Positions 1 to 15,100 of a DNA stretch of 64,000 nucleotides are shown in pieces. Both the position numbers and the translations under genes were made by a program. Below the pieces are notes generated by a model that saw only the letters and a list, made by a program, of their open reading frames with translations, had not been told where the DNA came from and made no database searches. The stretch's first letter is position 1. Every line of letters begins with the position of its first letter. This DNA comes from Lingula anatina. Taxonomy: Eukaryota; Animalia; Brachiopoda. The DNA lies in NCBI GenBank assembly GCA_051362555.1, contig CM120642.1, forward strand, positions 14,942,001 to 15,006,000, in the 5' to 3' direction.

Positions 1-2965
1 TAGTATGTCTCATCATATCATCTAAGTGTTATCAGATGAACAAAAGAACACAGCTGTCTGTCTAAGAGTTACTGTTGCCAAAGGGAAGCAATAATGTACC
101 ACGTTTAAAGATAACCACATACTAAATGTCTGCAACCCAAGGAATGTTGCATTAAATGGAAGTTTTTTTTTTTTTTTTTGGTTACAATTCATTCATTGTC
201 AAAAAATAAATTGAATAATTCCATGAATCTTTATTGCACTTATCTGTCATTCTATATAAAAGTACACTTACAGCACTTTGCATGTACATAAGTGAATTAT
301 TAAACACATTCAAAAACAGATTCACACATTTATTAAATCCTAAAGTGAACAAAATTAAAAAGAAATCAGTTACTGCTATCAAATGCTAACTCTCTATTTT
401 ATACTGTACCATTAGTAACTGCACCAGTAATCAAACCCTACATGTACATATGATGGCAATATGAAGCCAATCGGATTTTCCATCTTAGTAAGGAATAAAC
501 CACTGCTTCCCAGATTCAGACTTAACCTCGATTTCACACCATGGACCTCCCCCCCTCCCCCCCCAATCCCCTCCAGGTTGCAACAAAAGTAAAATTATAG
601 TTTGGATGATACAAAGCCCACATGGCCAAAGATATTTACCACTTGACAAATAGATCATAAGATCACTTATAAAAAAACTTATTTCTGGGTGGCACAAAGG
701 TCAGATCATTTCTGCCAAAGTGTAAATCTCCTGTTGAAATTTAGAACTGTCAATATATGTTTTACACTAACATACTCAAAGTACTTCAATATACAAATAT
801 GCATTTGTTGGATTCTGCTTCCAAGCTCCATTTTTACAAAAAGTATTAGCTTATGTTTCCTAGACCAGAGAAATAAACTTATCAAAACTTGCACGTTTAC
901 ATAAACAAACTTATTAATTCTGTTTCTGGACACACCAAGTCCTTCACTGGCTCTTAATCTTCATAACTTGACATGATAACATACTTGACCTTGCTCGTGG
1001 CATGTCAAAAAGGAGAAGTTGCTGAGATATCCAGTGGGCACAAAGCTCTGTGACATCATTTGAAACATCTCCCTCTGTTTGTGCTCTGGGTTAACCCTGA
1101 GCTAATCCACAAGACCAAATATCAAGAGTAAACAATGAAGGCTAATGTGTTAAAATCAAACAAGGTCAAGCATTATTGTGTTCCAAAAAATTCACAAACA
1201 TGCAAGTTCTTGTCTTGTGCACGTGGAAGGAATATTCTTGTGCTCTGGTTCAAAAGGTGAAAAAGTGTGACAAAAAACAAATCACATTTCAAAACCCTTT
1301 TTGGGCAGATTTTGGCAATAATGTTCCTAGGTATAGTTATTAGCAAAGCTGAGCAACATTATTACTTGTAGATCTATATTGGACAGCCCTCTTCCCCACC
1401 CACATCCACTTACAACCATATTACTTATACAATCTAGATACCCCTCCCCCCCCCACCCACCCATCCCACACACTCCCCATAATCTGTAGTAATTAATTGC
1501 AACCTTCAGTATCAATGCGCATATTATATCTTAAATAATAATAATAGATTAACCTTATTTTATTGAGCAATATAAAACTGCAAGCATTATACAAGAAATT
1601 ATCACAACCTCATACTTTCATTAATGCACATTGAACAGCTGCAGTGTTCACCAGTGACAGCCTGGCTGAACCACCTGATAGGAAACTAGCTCTTTGTTCA
1701 GCTGCAGGGCCAACATACTAGTAGTTACAATATTTCATACACCTAACATAAAAGCAGAGATAAGGGGTTGAATCCTGACACTATTTATAATGTCAGAGTA
1801 GCATTTAACCACCCACTCCTTTCCATTTTTTTTTTTTTTTTTGATCTTCAGCAATGCAGGACTTCAGCCATGTCAGTATCAGGTTGTTTATTAGATAAGC
1901 TATCTAACCTCCCCCTCACCATAATATATCACCACCCACCCTTAAATTATTGGAGTTAAATGGTACAATAATGAGGGGCATGAATAATACCAAAATAACA
2001 TACACATTTTTTTCCATCACTGGCTTATTACATTAAAGAACGCACTTCCCTAGGAGATAACAGCAAATAAAATTTTTACCCAGTCCAATGTTTTAAAAGA
2101 AGAGCATTTAAGTACAAAATGCTTGTCATAACTAAAAGATAAATTATCTATCAACTATCTTTTTGGTGTTGGGATATGTGAGTGCATAAATCCATACAAT
2201 TCTTAGTACCTGCATTTTGTACCTGGCTGATCATATTTCTTGTAAGTTATGTAGAACTCAATAAAACTGATGCTAATCTGAAGTGATAAAAACACATGTA
2301 TGGGAAACTGTGAATCAAGCACTCACAATCTTTAACCAGAGAGCCACAGATCATATAGTGGGATATATTTTTTATGGTAATAATCTGTGGCCAACATGAG
2401 AAATATTGTTGTTTAAATATCACTTTGGTAATAACATTCACTCATACGCCCTCTGAGAATAAACACCATGAAATGTGTCAAATATTGGTATACATATTTG
2501 TTTCAGATGTTTGCAACTTTAAATAAATTTTTAACCCTTTTAGAGGAACAAACACTAACAGCAATAAAACATGTAAGGTTCAAATCCCAAAAAGTATAAA
2601 AAGATGAAGTAAATTGTCTGCAATGGCATCATATGTAGGAGAGGACAGCAGGAGCTTTAAGTCATCAAGTACCTTTACATACTTGAGATCAATTGCATTC
2701 AGAACGGGTGTACCTAAACCAAATCACAGTCTTGTTGACAGTAGTCGAACAACCATGTCACATATATGCCCCCCCTCCTCCTTCCTACAACTGTGTGTTT
2801 TGGTATTAATCATTTGGTTCAATGATGCTGTCAGTTCAGCTTCATTTTAGCATTTACTAGTAAGTTAGACCAGTTTTTAATGCTCCTTCAGACCATCCTC
2901 ACAGATGAGTCAGGTAAATCACCCATCTGTATCTTGCTCAAAACAACCCATTATCAGACAGTCCA

Positions 2966-5900
2966 TTATCCTTTGTGCTGTTTGTACATCACTTTTGTTA
3001 GATGGTCATACTAGAAATAAACAAATGAAACTAAAAGCCAGTTAGACTGAGGATAATAAAGGGTGGGGGGTATCTGGGCCCAGTCCAAATTTAAGCCTAA
3101 GGCAAAATATATTCTAATTTGGCGAGAAATGTAAAATATTTTACTAATCATTTTTATCTGATCGGTCTAAAGCCATCCATCAGTTTGGCTAAAATAAATC
3201 TTATCCAAGAGTGAGTGTGTGTGTGCAGTACATCTTTCAAGCTGAACTTATGTCTTTAGGCATAGAGGAAGTTTTCAGTTTTTCACAGGGCTTTCAATAA
3301 ATTTTGGAAGAAAGTATGTAGGTATGTACCTGGCATTTGTGATCAAAATAAATCCCACAGCCACAGAGACCATGGAAGGCTCACTACTTACTATCACTGA
3401 AACCTGACATTAGCAGATGAAATTCTCCTTGACTAAGACTGGGTTCCCAACTTCCCATACTAAGATCGATCCATCTTGATCGACCTAATTCCCTGGGGAT
3501 TCACATTAAATTGCTATCAGCTCAAGAGGCTTAAATGTCTGTCACGCCTACCGAATCAGCTAGGGGTAAAGATAATTACCCCCTAACAGCTTTACTAGGC
3601 GTGACAGACATTTAAGCCGGTTAGTTTGATAGCAATTTAGTGAGACTCCCCAAGGAGATGGATAGATCCAAATATCTGTGGAAATGGTCCTTTAGTTTCT
3701 TATTATATTTATATACATATTTATAGGAAGTAAGCACATTTCCTCACAGTCCTCAGCAACCACTAAGACTTTGCCCCAGCACTCAACACAAACATAGTTT
3801 GATTGGCCTATAAAGCTTTGCACTACTAAGCCTTTTCTCAAATGAAAGTGTTCACATCTAAATTTGAGGACACAAAGTTTTTTTTTAACCAAACTGGCAT
3901 TACTCATTAGTACCCATGTCCCTGTTTGGACTTCAGCATTCATTGTTTGGGTTTAGAAAAAAAATAGTGAATTCAGCATCAGACTGTCTCCACTTTGTCA
4001 TTTAGTTTTTCATGTGATCAGTCTTTCCAGCACAGTGCACCAAATCAACAGCACATAAAATCATCATACTGCATAAGAACACTTTAACAAGTTCAGAAGT
4101 GATACCAAGCTGATATTTAATAATTACAGAAAAGTTTAAATATGGGTTTTGTTGGGTTTTGAAAGTGATGGTGAGGAATTTTTGGCAGGAGTTTTTATAA
4201 CTTTGTCAAACAATACGGGCACCTTGGCAGTTATTCAGTTTAAATGTCAATCTGCTACCTTTCAACTATATTTCCAGTCTTACACGTACAGACACAATAT
4301 ATGTAGCTTGCCAAATAAAATTTCATATTCATATCCCCTCATGCCAGCATGCACACATTTTACCACAAAGTCTGAAATTGGCCATTTTACAATTTCCTGC
4401 AGTGCATACAAGAGATGCAGAGTTCCTCTAGGGCAAACTATTATTCAGGACAGCATCACCTTACATAAATCTAGGGTCCAAAGACTATGTGCTCATGCCA
4501 AACATACATGTAAATAGCAAGGGTAGAATTAAACGAAGAAATCAGCTGGTTAAATTATAACTTCGCTAACTCTAACTGGAAATTCATCAAACTTAAGATT
4601 TTTAAATCATGATATCCACTTTCATTCAACTCATTTCTTTTCATAACAACAATTATGCCCAAAAATTAGATAGATCTTATTTCTTACATATATATTTTCA
4701 AGAACCCTCAATATTGACATTACCTGGCCCTGAATGAAAGGGTCATGGCATGGACCTTATCTTATCAACAGCACTACTCACTGTACATAAACATGTAATC
4801 CTATCTCAGGACTGTAAGTGCAACCAAATACTGTACTCTATGACCTACCACAAACGTTAATTTGAAACAAATAAGTGAATTTATAACAGTTTTCAGTTTT
4901 TCACTATGAGACATCCCCCTCCCCTGCCCAATTAACTATAGACTTATGAAGTCCAATGGAGAATAGGACCTGAATATATTCCATTCTGATCATATACATC
5001 TTATAAGGCTTTCTAGGGGCAAGTGCTAGTATGGTTAACATCTTAAATATGTGCTATATTTCATTTCTCTCCGAGCTAATGTATGGTATCAGGAAGATGT
5101 TAAATATAGCATGATACCAGTGTGCCAGATGGAATGCAAATTAATCAATCAGGAGGAGTTGGTCATTTCTGTAGGGTGAAGCCTAAACATTTTCGCTGCA
5201 ATAGCTATTTCATGGATTTACCTAGAGTGCATTTCTCTACTTTAAGATATAAAAGCCATAGCAATGGGAATGATATCATTCACCACATCCAATACTGTAT
5301 AATGAGAAATTCCATTTGTTAATACTTATAATATCAATTTTACTCATAAAATTCATCTCAGAGGACCAATACAAATGCATCGTTAGATCCAAGCTACTGA
5401 AGGAACTTCCCAGCTAGATTTCCAAGTCTGACAAGCCATGTACTAATAGTCAATGTATCAGCCTAAAGGTTGTTTGAACAGAAAACAGCATGCTTTCAGT
5501 GCACCATTGGACAACATACATCACATCTGCAAACTATGTAAATACTGTCTCATAGTAGACGCAGGAGAAAAAACAGTGCACACCCTCTACAGGCATAAGC
5601 TGTTATGGACCTATTCATTTAATAATGGAATCAGTATTGAGGTCCTAAAAAGATTTATGTAAGACCCTAGAATGCCTAATGGACCATTCCCAGACCCTAT
5701 CATACCAACTAAAGATTGATCTATCTCCAAGGGGATTCTCACTAAATAGCAAACAACTTAAGCAGCTTAGATGTCAGTCATGCCAACTGGAGCTAGGGAG
5801 TAATTAATTACCATTGAGCAGCTTCAGTAGGAGTGCCAGACATATATGTGGCTTAAGTTGAAAGCAACTGAGCGAGAAACCCCTCAGAGAAGGATTGATC

Positions 5901-8774
5901 CTGATAGATCGATCTAGGTATAGGAACCCAGTCTAAGAAGGTGTAATCTAATGCCCTAGGATGTGCACAACAACTTAACAACAGGTGATAAATTGAACCT
6001 GTAACACATTTGGTATGGTTCTTATCTGTCTAATTAAGTTCACTACCTGACATTAACACTATTTACTTAGTTTGTTAAATCACACACTTGACAGAGGGCT
6101 CTAGAAAACACAGTGCAAAAGGTTGTCAACATTTCTGCATCTCTCCCTATACAAAAGAAGAAGGATATATCTTAACGTCTCTGGTAGTTTCCATTCCTTA
6201 TACAGTGTATCACATTGTATGCATTGCTTTTTTTATTCAAACTGGACTACTTTAACAATTAGAGAATGATTGCTGCTAAACAAGTATATGTGTGGGAGTA
6301 AATTTCTACATCAAGTCAATGTCACCGCTGATAACCATTTTAACACTCGAATGTGCCACTAACTTCCTTTCTAGTAGTTGTAAAACTATTACCATTGAAG
6401 ATGGCACACCTTTCATACAATGAAAAGAGAAGATTGTGAGTTTCAGGTTGTGATGACCAAAAAAAAAAAAGGGTTAAAATCACAAAAAGAAGCTATTTAT
6501 TTGTCAAGTTTGTTCTACTAATTCTCTCTGTGTGCTGTTAAACTGGCAAAACCCTATGTCACACCCTCGGCAGAAGTCAGTTAGCAATGGCCATCTGACC
6601 AAAGTTCAATCTGCACCTGGTATTATATTATATTATAAAGGTATGCACTTTTTTGCTGTCTTTGGTCAATATCATGTATATGCCTAACTGCTGTTACAGA
6701 TTCATGCCAAACCTTGTATAAATAACTAAATCACATCTACCACAAAAGAGGTAACATTCAGTGCTTGAAATAACTGCTGGCCAAAAACCACAGATTTTCC
6801 AGCCACAGATTTTCCAGTGGGACCCGTTTAATATGCATCATATTGGCCCAAAGGTATAATATCATATTATGCCCAAATGTGCCACACCTTTGACTTTGTG
6901 TCAAATAACTAAGTTTTTTCCCCCAAGTAAAGTATAATTATTCAATATGATCAATATATGTTGGGAACAGCAACAGTTCTTAAATTGTTAATAATACTTG
7001 AAATTTATTGTCCCAGTTGACCAGTAAAAAAATAAAAGTATCTTACACTGTTATTACTTACCTGTATGGCAACCAGGACTGGCGTTCCTACTAGTATAGC
7101 ATCCAGTAATGTGTGGCGTAACCATCTCCCAAATGGACCTAGTTTATCTGAAAATAATCATAATTATCTTAAAAGGCTTATCAATGCAATTTCTGCTCTG
7201 CTTATGATTACATTTTCTTCTTGCTTTTTTGATAAAAGCCATGAAAATAAAAAGACAGTATGACTAGGAATAGACAAAAAGGGCAAAGAGATTTCGTGGT
7301 CCAAAGATATTCAACACTCTCAAGATGTATGGGTCTTCTGTATATGTATAGCCTTGACTTGCATCTTGGCTATAATTGTGTTTGCTTGCTTATGTTACTA
7401 GTACAGCCTTCATGCTGAATCACATAAATAATACACTATTTTCATATAAGAAGTTAAAAAGGACAATTAAAAAAAGTCATTTGATCATCAAAGTCCTTTC
7501 ATAAAGGGTCAATACACGAACCCTTGGTGAATCTTGTTAAGTCTCCTAAAAGTGAAATTCTATTTTACCATGCAATAAATTTAGCTTTTAAAATGAGAAA
7601 ACAAAAACAAAAACAGTGACTAACAACATCAACCACTGCAAGATTACTAATCATGCCACATTACTAATGTGGCAATAATTTTCAATATCATAACAAAAGT
7701 AAAAGAGAAAATTCAATTGATTAGTTGAATTTTGCTCTGGTTTAAAAAAAATCCCTTTCATCTTTTCCCGTCATTCTCATCCCTGCCCATAAATTTTTAA
7801 TGACCGTGTCTCTTTCTACTGACGCATAAAAAATGTACTAGTAAATACACTTTCTATACATGTTTCTCTTCTTAATTCATCATTACATAATAATAATAAT
7901 TACAATTATAATCATAAACACTGCAGCATCAAATTGATAATATACTGACAGGTACCAAGACTATGCTATCCACTATGAAATGTCCAGATAAAACAGCTGC
8001 CATCTTAATCTGTCACAACGTCATGTGCAAAGTGCAATCAAATAAAAAAAATTACAAATATTTATGCGAAGTCAATTATGTTGAGCATTTAAAGCCGCTG
8101 GGGAAAGCTCATTGTTAAAATGACTCTACGGCACTGACTCATTAATGAAGTACCCAGCCCACAAATATTCAAATTACTCCCAACTCCCTTCGAAAGTACT
8201 GTAAAACATTTGTTTTTAGAATTATCAACATGACTAGATTAAATAAGTCAAGTTAAATAATGCACACTAGGGTCAATAGTGACGGCTGCACAGTGGCAGT
8301 AGCAACGTATGAATAATAAGTACTATTATATCACGTTCAATGAAGCGTAATGAAGGAACACATTCACAGTCGAATTATTGAATTGAAATCGTCGCCGTTA
8401 GAAATGGGCCATTCAATGTTTACTACCCTTTACTCAAGACGAGATTTGTTTCACCTCAGGCAATCCCTAAAAGTCGCTGGCCTGCCGGTTGATTCGGTTG
8501 TTTTTAACTGTCACAACAGCTAAACTCAAATAAGTCTGATTATATATAATGATAGATTACACTGGACATGGGCGCTGAAGTTTCAGACCGGAGAAACTGA
8601 AGGCTGGTTTACTACGGTGTTTCAAGTGAAAATATTTAAACTGTTTCAATTATCATAAAGTTACTTACCTATAGGAGCTGGGTATACACCATTAAATCTC
8701 CTCCGCTGCATTGGGACCGAGCTATCTGATTTTTTCCGCCCCTCATGCTCGGCCCCGTCTTCGTTCATCTCCAT
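2966..8774 (-). CDS. Unknown ~78-aa small protein with one hydrophobic segment; exons 8774-8669, 7147-7062, and tentatively 3010-2966
   Basis: ATG in strong context (AAACATGG). Exon 1 reads MEMNEDGAEHEGRKKSDSSVPMQRRRFNGVYPAPI with a G|GTAAGT donor (phase 1). Exon 2 has a TTTTCAG acceptor, reads DKLGPFGRWLRHTLLDAILVGTPVLVAIQ and ends CAG|GTAAGT. The best downstream acceptor (TTTCTAG) gives YDHLTKVMYKQHKG*. No family recognised; exon 3 is the least certain. Confidence 0.6.
3437..3690. mobile_element. Fold-back MITE family A, copy 1
   Basis: Near-palindromic ~250 bp; arms GCTTAAATGTCTGTCACGCCTA / TAGGCGTGACAGACATTTAAGC; shares termini (GACTGGGTTCCC...GAATGGTCC) with three other copies in the window. 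Confidence 0.75.
5681..5933. mobile_element. Fold-back MITE family A, copy 2 (opposite orientation)
   Basis: Begins GGACCATTCCC and ends GGAACCCAGTC; central TAATTAATTA; reverse-complement similarity to 21671-21911. Confidence 0.7.
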
Positions 8775-9149
8775 GTTTCCGACAGCTAATTTTCGTCGAT
8801 TAGTTTCGAACAAACTCTGACAAAGATTCTCATATGTAACCTTTTAAGGGTAATGACAAACTTCTATACACACTCCGTTTCGCATAAACACTAGCAGATT
8901 GTTCAAAAGTATGAGTGGGTCATTTCCTATTTCATGAGAAGTGAAAAAATTTAACGAAATTTGCCGGTCTGCTGCAGCGTGACTAACTCTGTAAGGCCAA
9001 AGGTCAGTAAAACGAGGTCGGTGAATCATGTGATTTCGTGGGGGTTAGGAATATTCGTCTGCTTTATGCAATAATGTGACCGCTTGATACAGCGTTATCT
9101 ACCCAATGACACTCAATACGTCCTCGGATATACTGATAGAAGAAGAAGG
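8775..9149. promoter_or_regulatory. Bidirectional CpG-containing promoter between the microprotein gene and the SCARB gene; contains M-box TCATGTGA at 9026-9033
   Basis: Divergent ATGs lie 375 bp apart; local CpG enrichment in otherwise CpG-poor DNA; TCATGTGA is the MiT/TFE (MITF/TFEB) site consensus. Confidence 0.6.
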
Positions 9150-12100
9150 ATGGCCTTTTCTGCTGTCTGTAAGCTATGGACGTTTGCTATAATAGGACTG
9201 GTACTTCTCGGGATTGGAATCGGTTCAATATTTGTCATCAATTCAGTGATCCGCGATGAAATAAACAAGGTACTTTTTAATATCAGACTGTCAGTGTCAC
9301 TGTCACGAGTTAAAATCTTGGAAAGTGCATGCTTCTTGTGGTGGTATGATCTTTGAAACCTGGGATTTTGGCATGGTAGTCCGAGCAAAAGGACTAATGG
9401 AATAATGGGAATAATGGAAATGTACATTACTAGTACATATGTACCTTCCCTGGTACCTAAAAGTTACATGTACAAGTTACATGCAAAGTTTTAAGTTACC
9501 ATGTAAAAGGCCGTATGTTATTAATTCATGCAGTTTGCTCCCAAACTTTCCAAACCAGTTTATTTGAATAGCAGAGACAAAAATCAAAGTCGCTATTAAT
9601 TTTGATGAACATAAGAAATTAAAGATTTATATTGTGGGGGAATACTGCTAAAGTACCCAAACTTATTTAATTGATAAATATTTGAAGTTTGATTTTTAAT
9701 GATTCGCTGAATGACTTTGATCAATTGTTGCAATTTATTTACTGATTTTTCTGTGATCAATCTGAAATGAACTTGGCTCTCATTATATTTAATGGGCTTG
9801 AAGTTTCTTGTAAAAATTAACAGCTAAAATTATTGCCAAACTGATTTATTTGAAAAGCAGAGACATTGATTAAATACCATTATAATAATTATGAATGATC
9901 TAAAAAGGTAAATAACTTAAATATTATCAGCATATGTTAACAATGATTTAGAGTTTTTATTGGATAAAATTCAATTATCCATTAGTATTATCTTTCATTA
10001 CTTTCTAAGATGGAGCATTATACAGAGTACTTTCCTTTTCTCTTCTACTTAAATACAGACCAAAATACATAAAATCTCAAATTACCAGTGCCCAGATGCT
10101 TCACTTCTAAGTATAGTTGACAGTTAGTGATTGGTAATGAATAAGTAAACGATTCCTAAAACTGATCACATTTATTACTGTTTTCAGCAAGTGGTTTTGA
10201 CTGCAGATTCAGAAACCTACAGTGCCTGGGTTAATCCTCCAGCAGAAGTTTACCTCCAGTTCTGGGTTTTCCATGTGGAGAATCCATATGAGATTGTTCA
10301 CCGTGGGGACAAACCAGCTTTGAAAGAGAAAGGCCCCTACTCATACAGGTTCATAGTCACTTAAGTAAAACTAATTAGCTTAAAATAATTTACAGTAAAT
10401 ATATGGTATCTGTCTGATATTTTTAAACATCTTGTTTTTTATGTCTCAGCAGAGTCTAAGACTGACTACCATTAATATCTATAGGAAAATGTATTCATTT
10501 GTGTTGACTGTAGTACTATCCAAATGGTAGTACAAAAATGAACCACTTTTTATTGTTTTGGTGTTTCGACTAATATTTTATGTTTAACATGTACATTATA
10601 TTCTTGCTGTACATGGCAGAAGGCCTGTTTTATGGATTTGGCAATTAAGCATGCATTTGAAGTTTTCTTGTTTTACAATTTTGTTCATTTCACACTTTCA
10701 CGGTTGTATTTAATGGTGTGTTAAACATTTATGTATATATCTAATGTATGCAAGATACAGCCATTATTTTGAGCATGTTGTCTTACACAGTGAATTAAGT
10801 AGCCAATGTATTTAATTTACATTTTATGTAAAATATTTTCATTTAGGGAAGTAAAAACAAAAGAGGATGTGAAATTCCATGATAATGGCACAGTGACATA
10901 CAGAGAAACAAGGACTATGTATTTTGATCCAGACACGTCTAGAGGAAGTCAAGATGAAGTGCTGACAGTTGTTAACCTTCCATATGTTGTAGGTTGACCA
11001 AGATGAAGAAAGAAACATGTTTTCATTTTGCTCTGCTTAAAATCTTTTGATGAGTAGTTGCTTTCCTTTATATTTACTTTGAGTGCAACATTCAAGTTTT
11101 TACTTCTAAATTATTATTTAAAAAAATGTTGTGTAATGGATTAGTTGCTTTCCACTTACACAATTAGGGCTATGTTTTTTTCCTAATTTCTACGCAATTT
11201 TTGGTAGCTTTTAAAGTACCATCACGGACTTGTGTGTGTCATTTATTGTTTTGTTATTGTTTATGTTTGAACTTTAAGTCAGGTACATAATAATTACATC
11301 TCTTTCAGACGGTAGCCACCCTGCTCAGGTTTGAGTATGACATTATCAAGGATTTGGTCCAGGACATCTTAAAAGCTACCAATGAGACACTGTTCATAAA
11401 GCTGTCTCCAAGGCAGCTGATTTGGGGCTATGAAGATACTCTTCTTAAAGATATAAAAATGGGATTGAAAAAATATTTCAATTTCACTCTTCCTTTAGAT
11501 GATACCATAGGTTTGTTTTATAAGGTAGGATTTTCCCTTAGTCAAATTCTGGACTTATTTGAAGTAGCATTGGTTTTTATGTTGAATTTCTGACAGTTCA
11601 TTTATGTAAACTTTATTCTTGGTTATGGATTCATGAATACAGTAAATGAATATAGCATGCATATAAATGCATACTGAAAGTAATTAATTTTCTTAATACA
11701 GATTGTTAATGTTTAGTATAACTGTGCCTGTAGTTTGATTCATTTCTTTTTTTAGCAAAATGGATCTGATGATGGAGTTTATAATATCTACACTGGAAAA
11801 ACGGATCCTTCTTTATTTAATACTATCAATTTATGGAATTATTCAAGGTAGGTATTGCATGATTGAGTTGTCCATTTTGTCATTTTCCATTTAAATGTCT
11901 AAAGTGACCCATAGTATCTCAGGAAATAAGTTACATCAGTTGTTTGTAAATGGAGTTGCTCATATTTTGTCAATATATACATCTTCTCTCTCTATGGTGC
12001 CATGTGATTCAGATGTTGGCTGTTACACTGTATCTCCATCTGCCTTGTTCTACTTCATGTGGCAATATATAATATATACATATCACCGGTTGCCCTGATC

Positions 12101-15100
12101 ACTTCAAGACTACTTATGTTAAGAACATCTGTCTTATGCTTTTTGTATAATTGTAAGAAAGTAGCAGAGTATGTGTTGAATATTATTTCTTGTAGTGTTT
12201 TGGACTATTGGACCACACCTGAAGCTAATGCAATAAATGGAACAGGTGAGATTTTATCTTTGATATGTATGATACATACAAAGATAACTGTAAATGCATG
12301 ACATTGAGAACATTTCTAACTGCATGGATTTTTATTTTACTCTAGTAATGAGCTCTGAGTTAGCCAAAACAGTGAACCAGTAGCTGTAGTTTAGCCTGTA
12401 GATTTTAGAAAAGGTTGAAAATCAGTGCTATCAGTGATATCAGTGCTATTTATAGTTTAGAGAAGTAACAATTAACCTTTTGCAACCTGGTGTTTTTCAG
12501 ATGGAACATTTTTTCACCCTTTTATTACTAAAGATGAAACTCTTGAACTGTTTTCAACAGACATATGCAGGTGAGATTTAGTTCACACAAAAAATATCTG
12601 TGGAGAAGGTTTTGGCTTATTTTGAAATGTATGAAAACAGAAAAAGAAAGAAAGAAAATGCTAGGAAGTGGGCACCATACATTGAGATTAACATAAACCC
12701 TCACCCAGCAAACTAAGGCGTCATTCACAATGAATTTCGAAAAGCTGGTGATTGTACAAGAAAGTTGGAAACAAGGGGAGGCATGTTTAAGTCTGTTAAA
12801 GGGACAATAACTCTTCGTATGAGATCTATATTTCACAGTAAAACCATTGTGAACAACTCATAGAAATATAATATATTCTGTTTTACCACAAAAACGGCAG
12901 TTATAGCTATTATTCTGATATCTGAGCTTGTCTTTACACCACGTGACCTCCATTGATGGCTATACTATGTTATAATCTCTTAAGAGATTATAACAAAAGA
13001 AAAAAAAGCTTTTTAGAAAAAAAAACAGGGACTAACTTTGAATGTAAAAATGGATTCATCAACCATTGGTAAGTATGGGAAAATTGTTGTTTACTCCAGG
13101 AAATTCATATTTTGGCCAATACAAAGAGTTATTTTCCCTTTAACCTGATGGCATTTAGCGAGGGTCCCTGTAGAGTTAGTGAGCATTAGATAGGTTGACA
13201 AAATTCAGTGTGAACAGTCCCTAAAATTGTTCTTAATCTAACTCCAAGTAGAAGATGGTTTCAGTTATGCACTTTTTGATCATATGTGAGAGAAGGCTGA
13301 CCAATTTTAAAAAGGGAGGGGGGCATTAAATTTTTTTGTAATGGGGGCTGTGAAATCAATCTGCTTCACTACAGATTTGAATCAGCCTTAGAATTATTTT
13401 AGTTAATATAACCTATTGGTCACTGGGACAGGTTACTGGGTATATGAGCACTTAGTGCCTTGTCATGGGGTGCAGAAGTGATACACATATCTTATTTGTA
13501 AGATGAGATAAGACATAGGGTGACTTCAGTGTACAGGTCTTATGCTTTTATCAATGGGTAAATAAAGAAACTTTGGTACTGAATATAATACAACTATGCT
13601 TTAAGTTTGATATCTTGGTGTAGGGATTTATACATTAGTTAATACTGAGTTGTCTTCTAACTGCTTTTGTATTGTCTTTCTTTAAGTTGAATTATTAATT
13701 CTGGAACTTTCATTTATTCACAGGCCCGTAGCCAGCAATTTCAAAGGGGGGGGGTCTTTTTCTGAAAAAGTGGACCTTTTACCTTATAATCCCTATGTAC
13801 CAAGGTCAAATTTTACCCAGAGTGGACCTTTTTCCAGCAAAAGGGGGGGGTTCTTTCGAACCCCCCGAACCCCCCCTGGCTACGGGCCTGATTCAACTAC
13901 CGGGTACCTGTAGCAGTTATACATGGATAACCGGGGTTGTGTTAAAAAAAAACCTCTTGTTTAGAAATACAGGGGACTTAGTGTGGTACAGTTTCTGTTT
14001 TATGTACTAAATAAGTTAAGGGAATGATGCATTTAGGAAGAAGGCCTAGGGCCAAAAGCTTGGATAGGATATGACATCTTTTTAGTAGTCCTTCATAGAT
14101 GCATCATTATGATAACTTATTTCATAAAGATATATACAGTGCTTTGATATGAATCTTCTATGTATTATGTACTAGTATGCTAATGTGCTGCAGATTTTTT
14201 AAAGAAGTTATTTTAGATAAATATTTTTTCAGATCTATAGGTGCTATATATGAGCAAGAAATGACTGTCCTTGGGATCAACACTTACAGATTTGTAGTGC
14301 CTAAACAAATATTACAGGACTACATACACTACCCACCAAATATTGGCTTTTGTACACCAGATGTGTCAAGGTGTCTGGGTGCAGGACTATTGAATGCTAC
14401 TGTATGCAAACAAGGTGGGTACAGTGTAGCTTTTTTTAATGGCATGTATTACTTTGAGTCTGTTACCCACTGCAGTCTCAGCATATTTGTTTGTTTTTTT
14501 CTTTTTTGTAACATCAGTTGATAGTGATTACATTGTACCAGCCAGCAAGATATTATATACAGTAGTTTGACTATACCCATTGTGGTATCACTTGGTTAGC
14601 TGGTTATCTTGGTACAATTACTTTGAAAGCTAAACATCCCAGAAGCGCAGGTTGAATCTTGTCTGATCAGACTACTAAAGACTTCTGTAAAATCAGACAT
14701 TTGGGCTGTGATGAGGTGATCAGACTCCAGCGATGCTCTGTTGCATTTCAGGCACTTGTTGATCAACCAGTTTATCTGTTGGTGCTGACTGGTTTGCTTT
14801 CTGTTCTGTAATAGCCAACTTCCCTCGATCCTTACTGAAACATATTACCATAATAATTATGGATTGTCATGATGTATACTCGTGCCATATTTGCAGAGAA
14901 CTGGTATTTCTTTTGTCTTCTAAAAAGAAGTTGGTGGGTAGGAAAAAGCAAAAGGATTTCTTTTGGTGCACACTAAATTTAACCGGGCAGCCCTCATCAT
15001 TGAGTTAACAAGAGTGATACAAAGTTTGTAAATATGACTTCTCTTCATTTCATCTGATGTCTTCACGTGAATAAACAGTCCTGATTCACCTTCTCAAAAT

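Noticed and set aside
182-2850. Short ORFs at the left end of the window
   Set aside because: Low-complexity AT-rich translations without motifs or coherent splice structure; probably 3'UTR or intergenic DNA.
3437-3690. Structured ncRNA or CRISPR-like interpretation of the palindromes
   Set aside because: The DNA is eukaryotic; dispersed, diverged copies with TIRs and a TSD indicate MITEs, and there is no repeat-spacer array.
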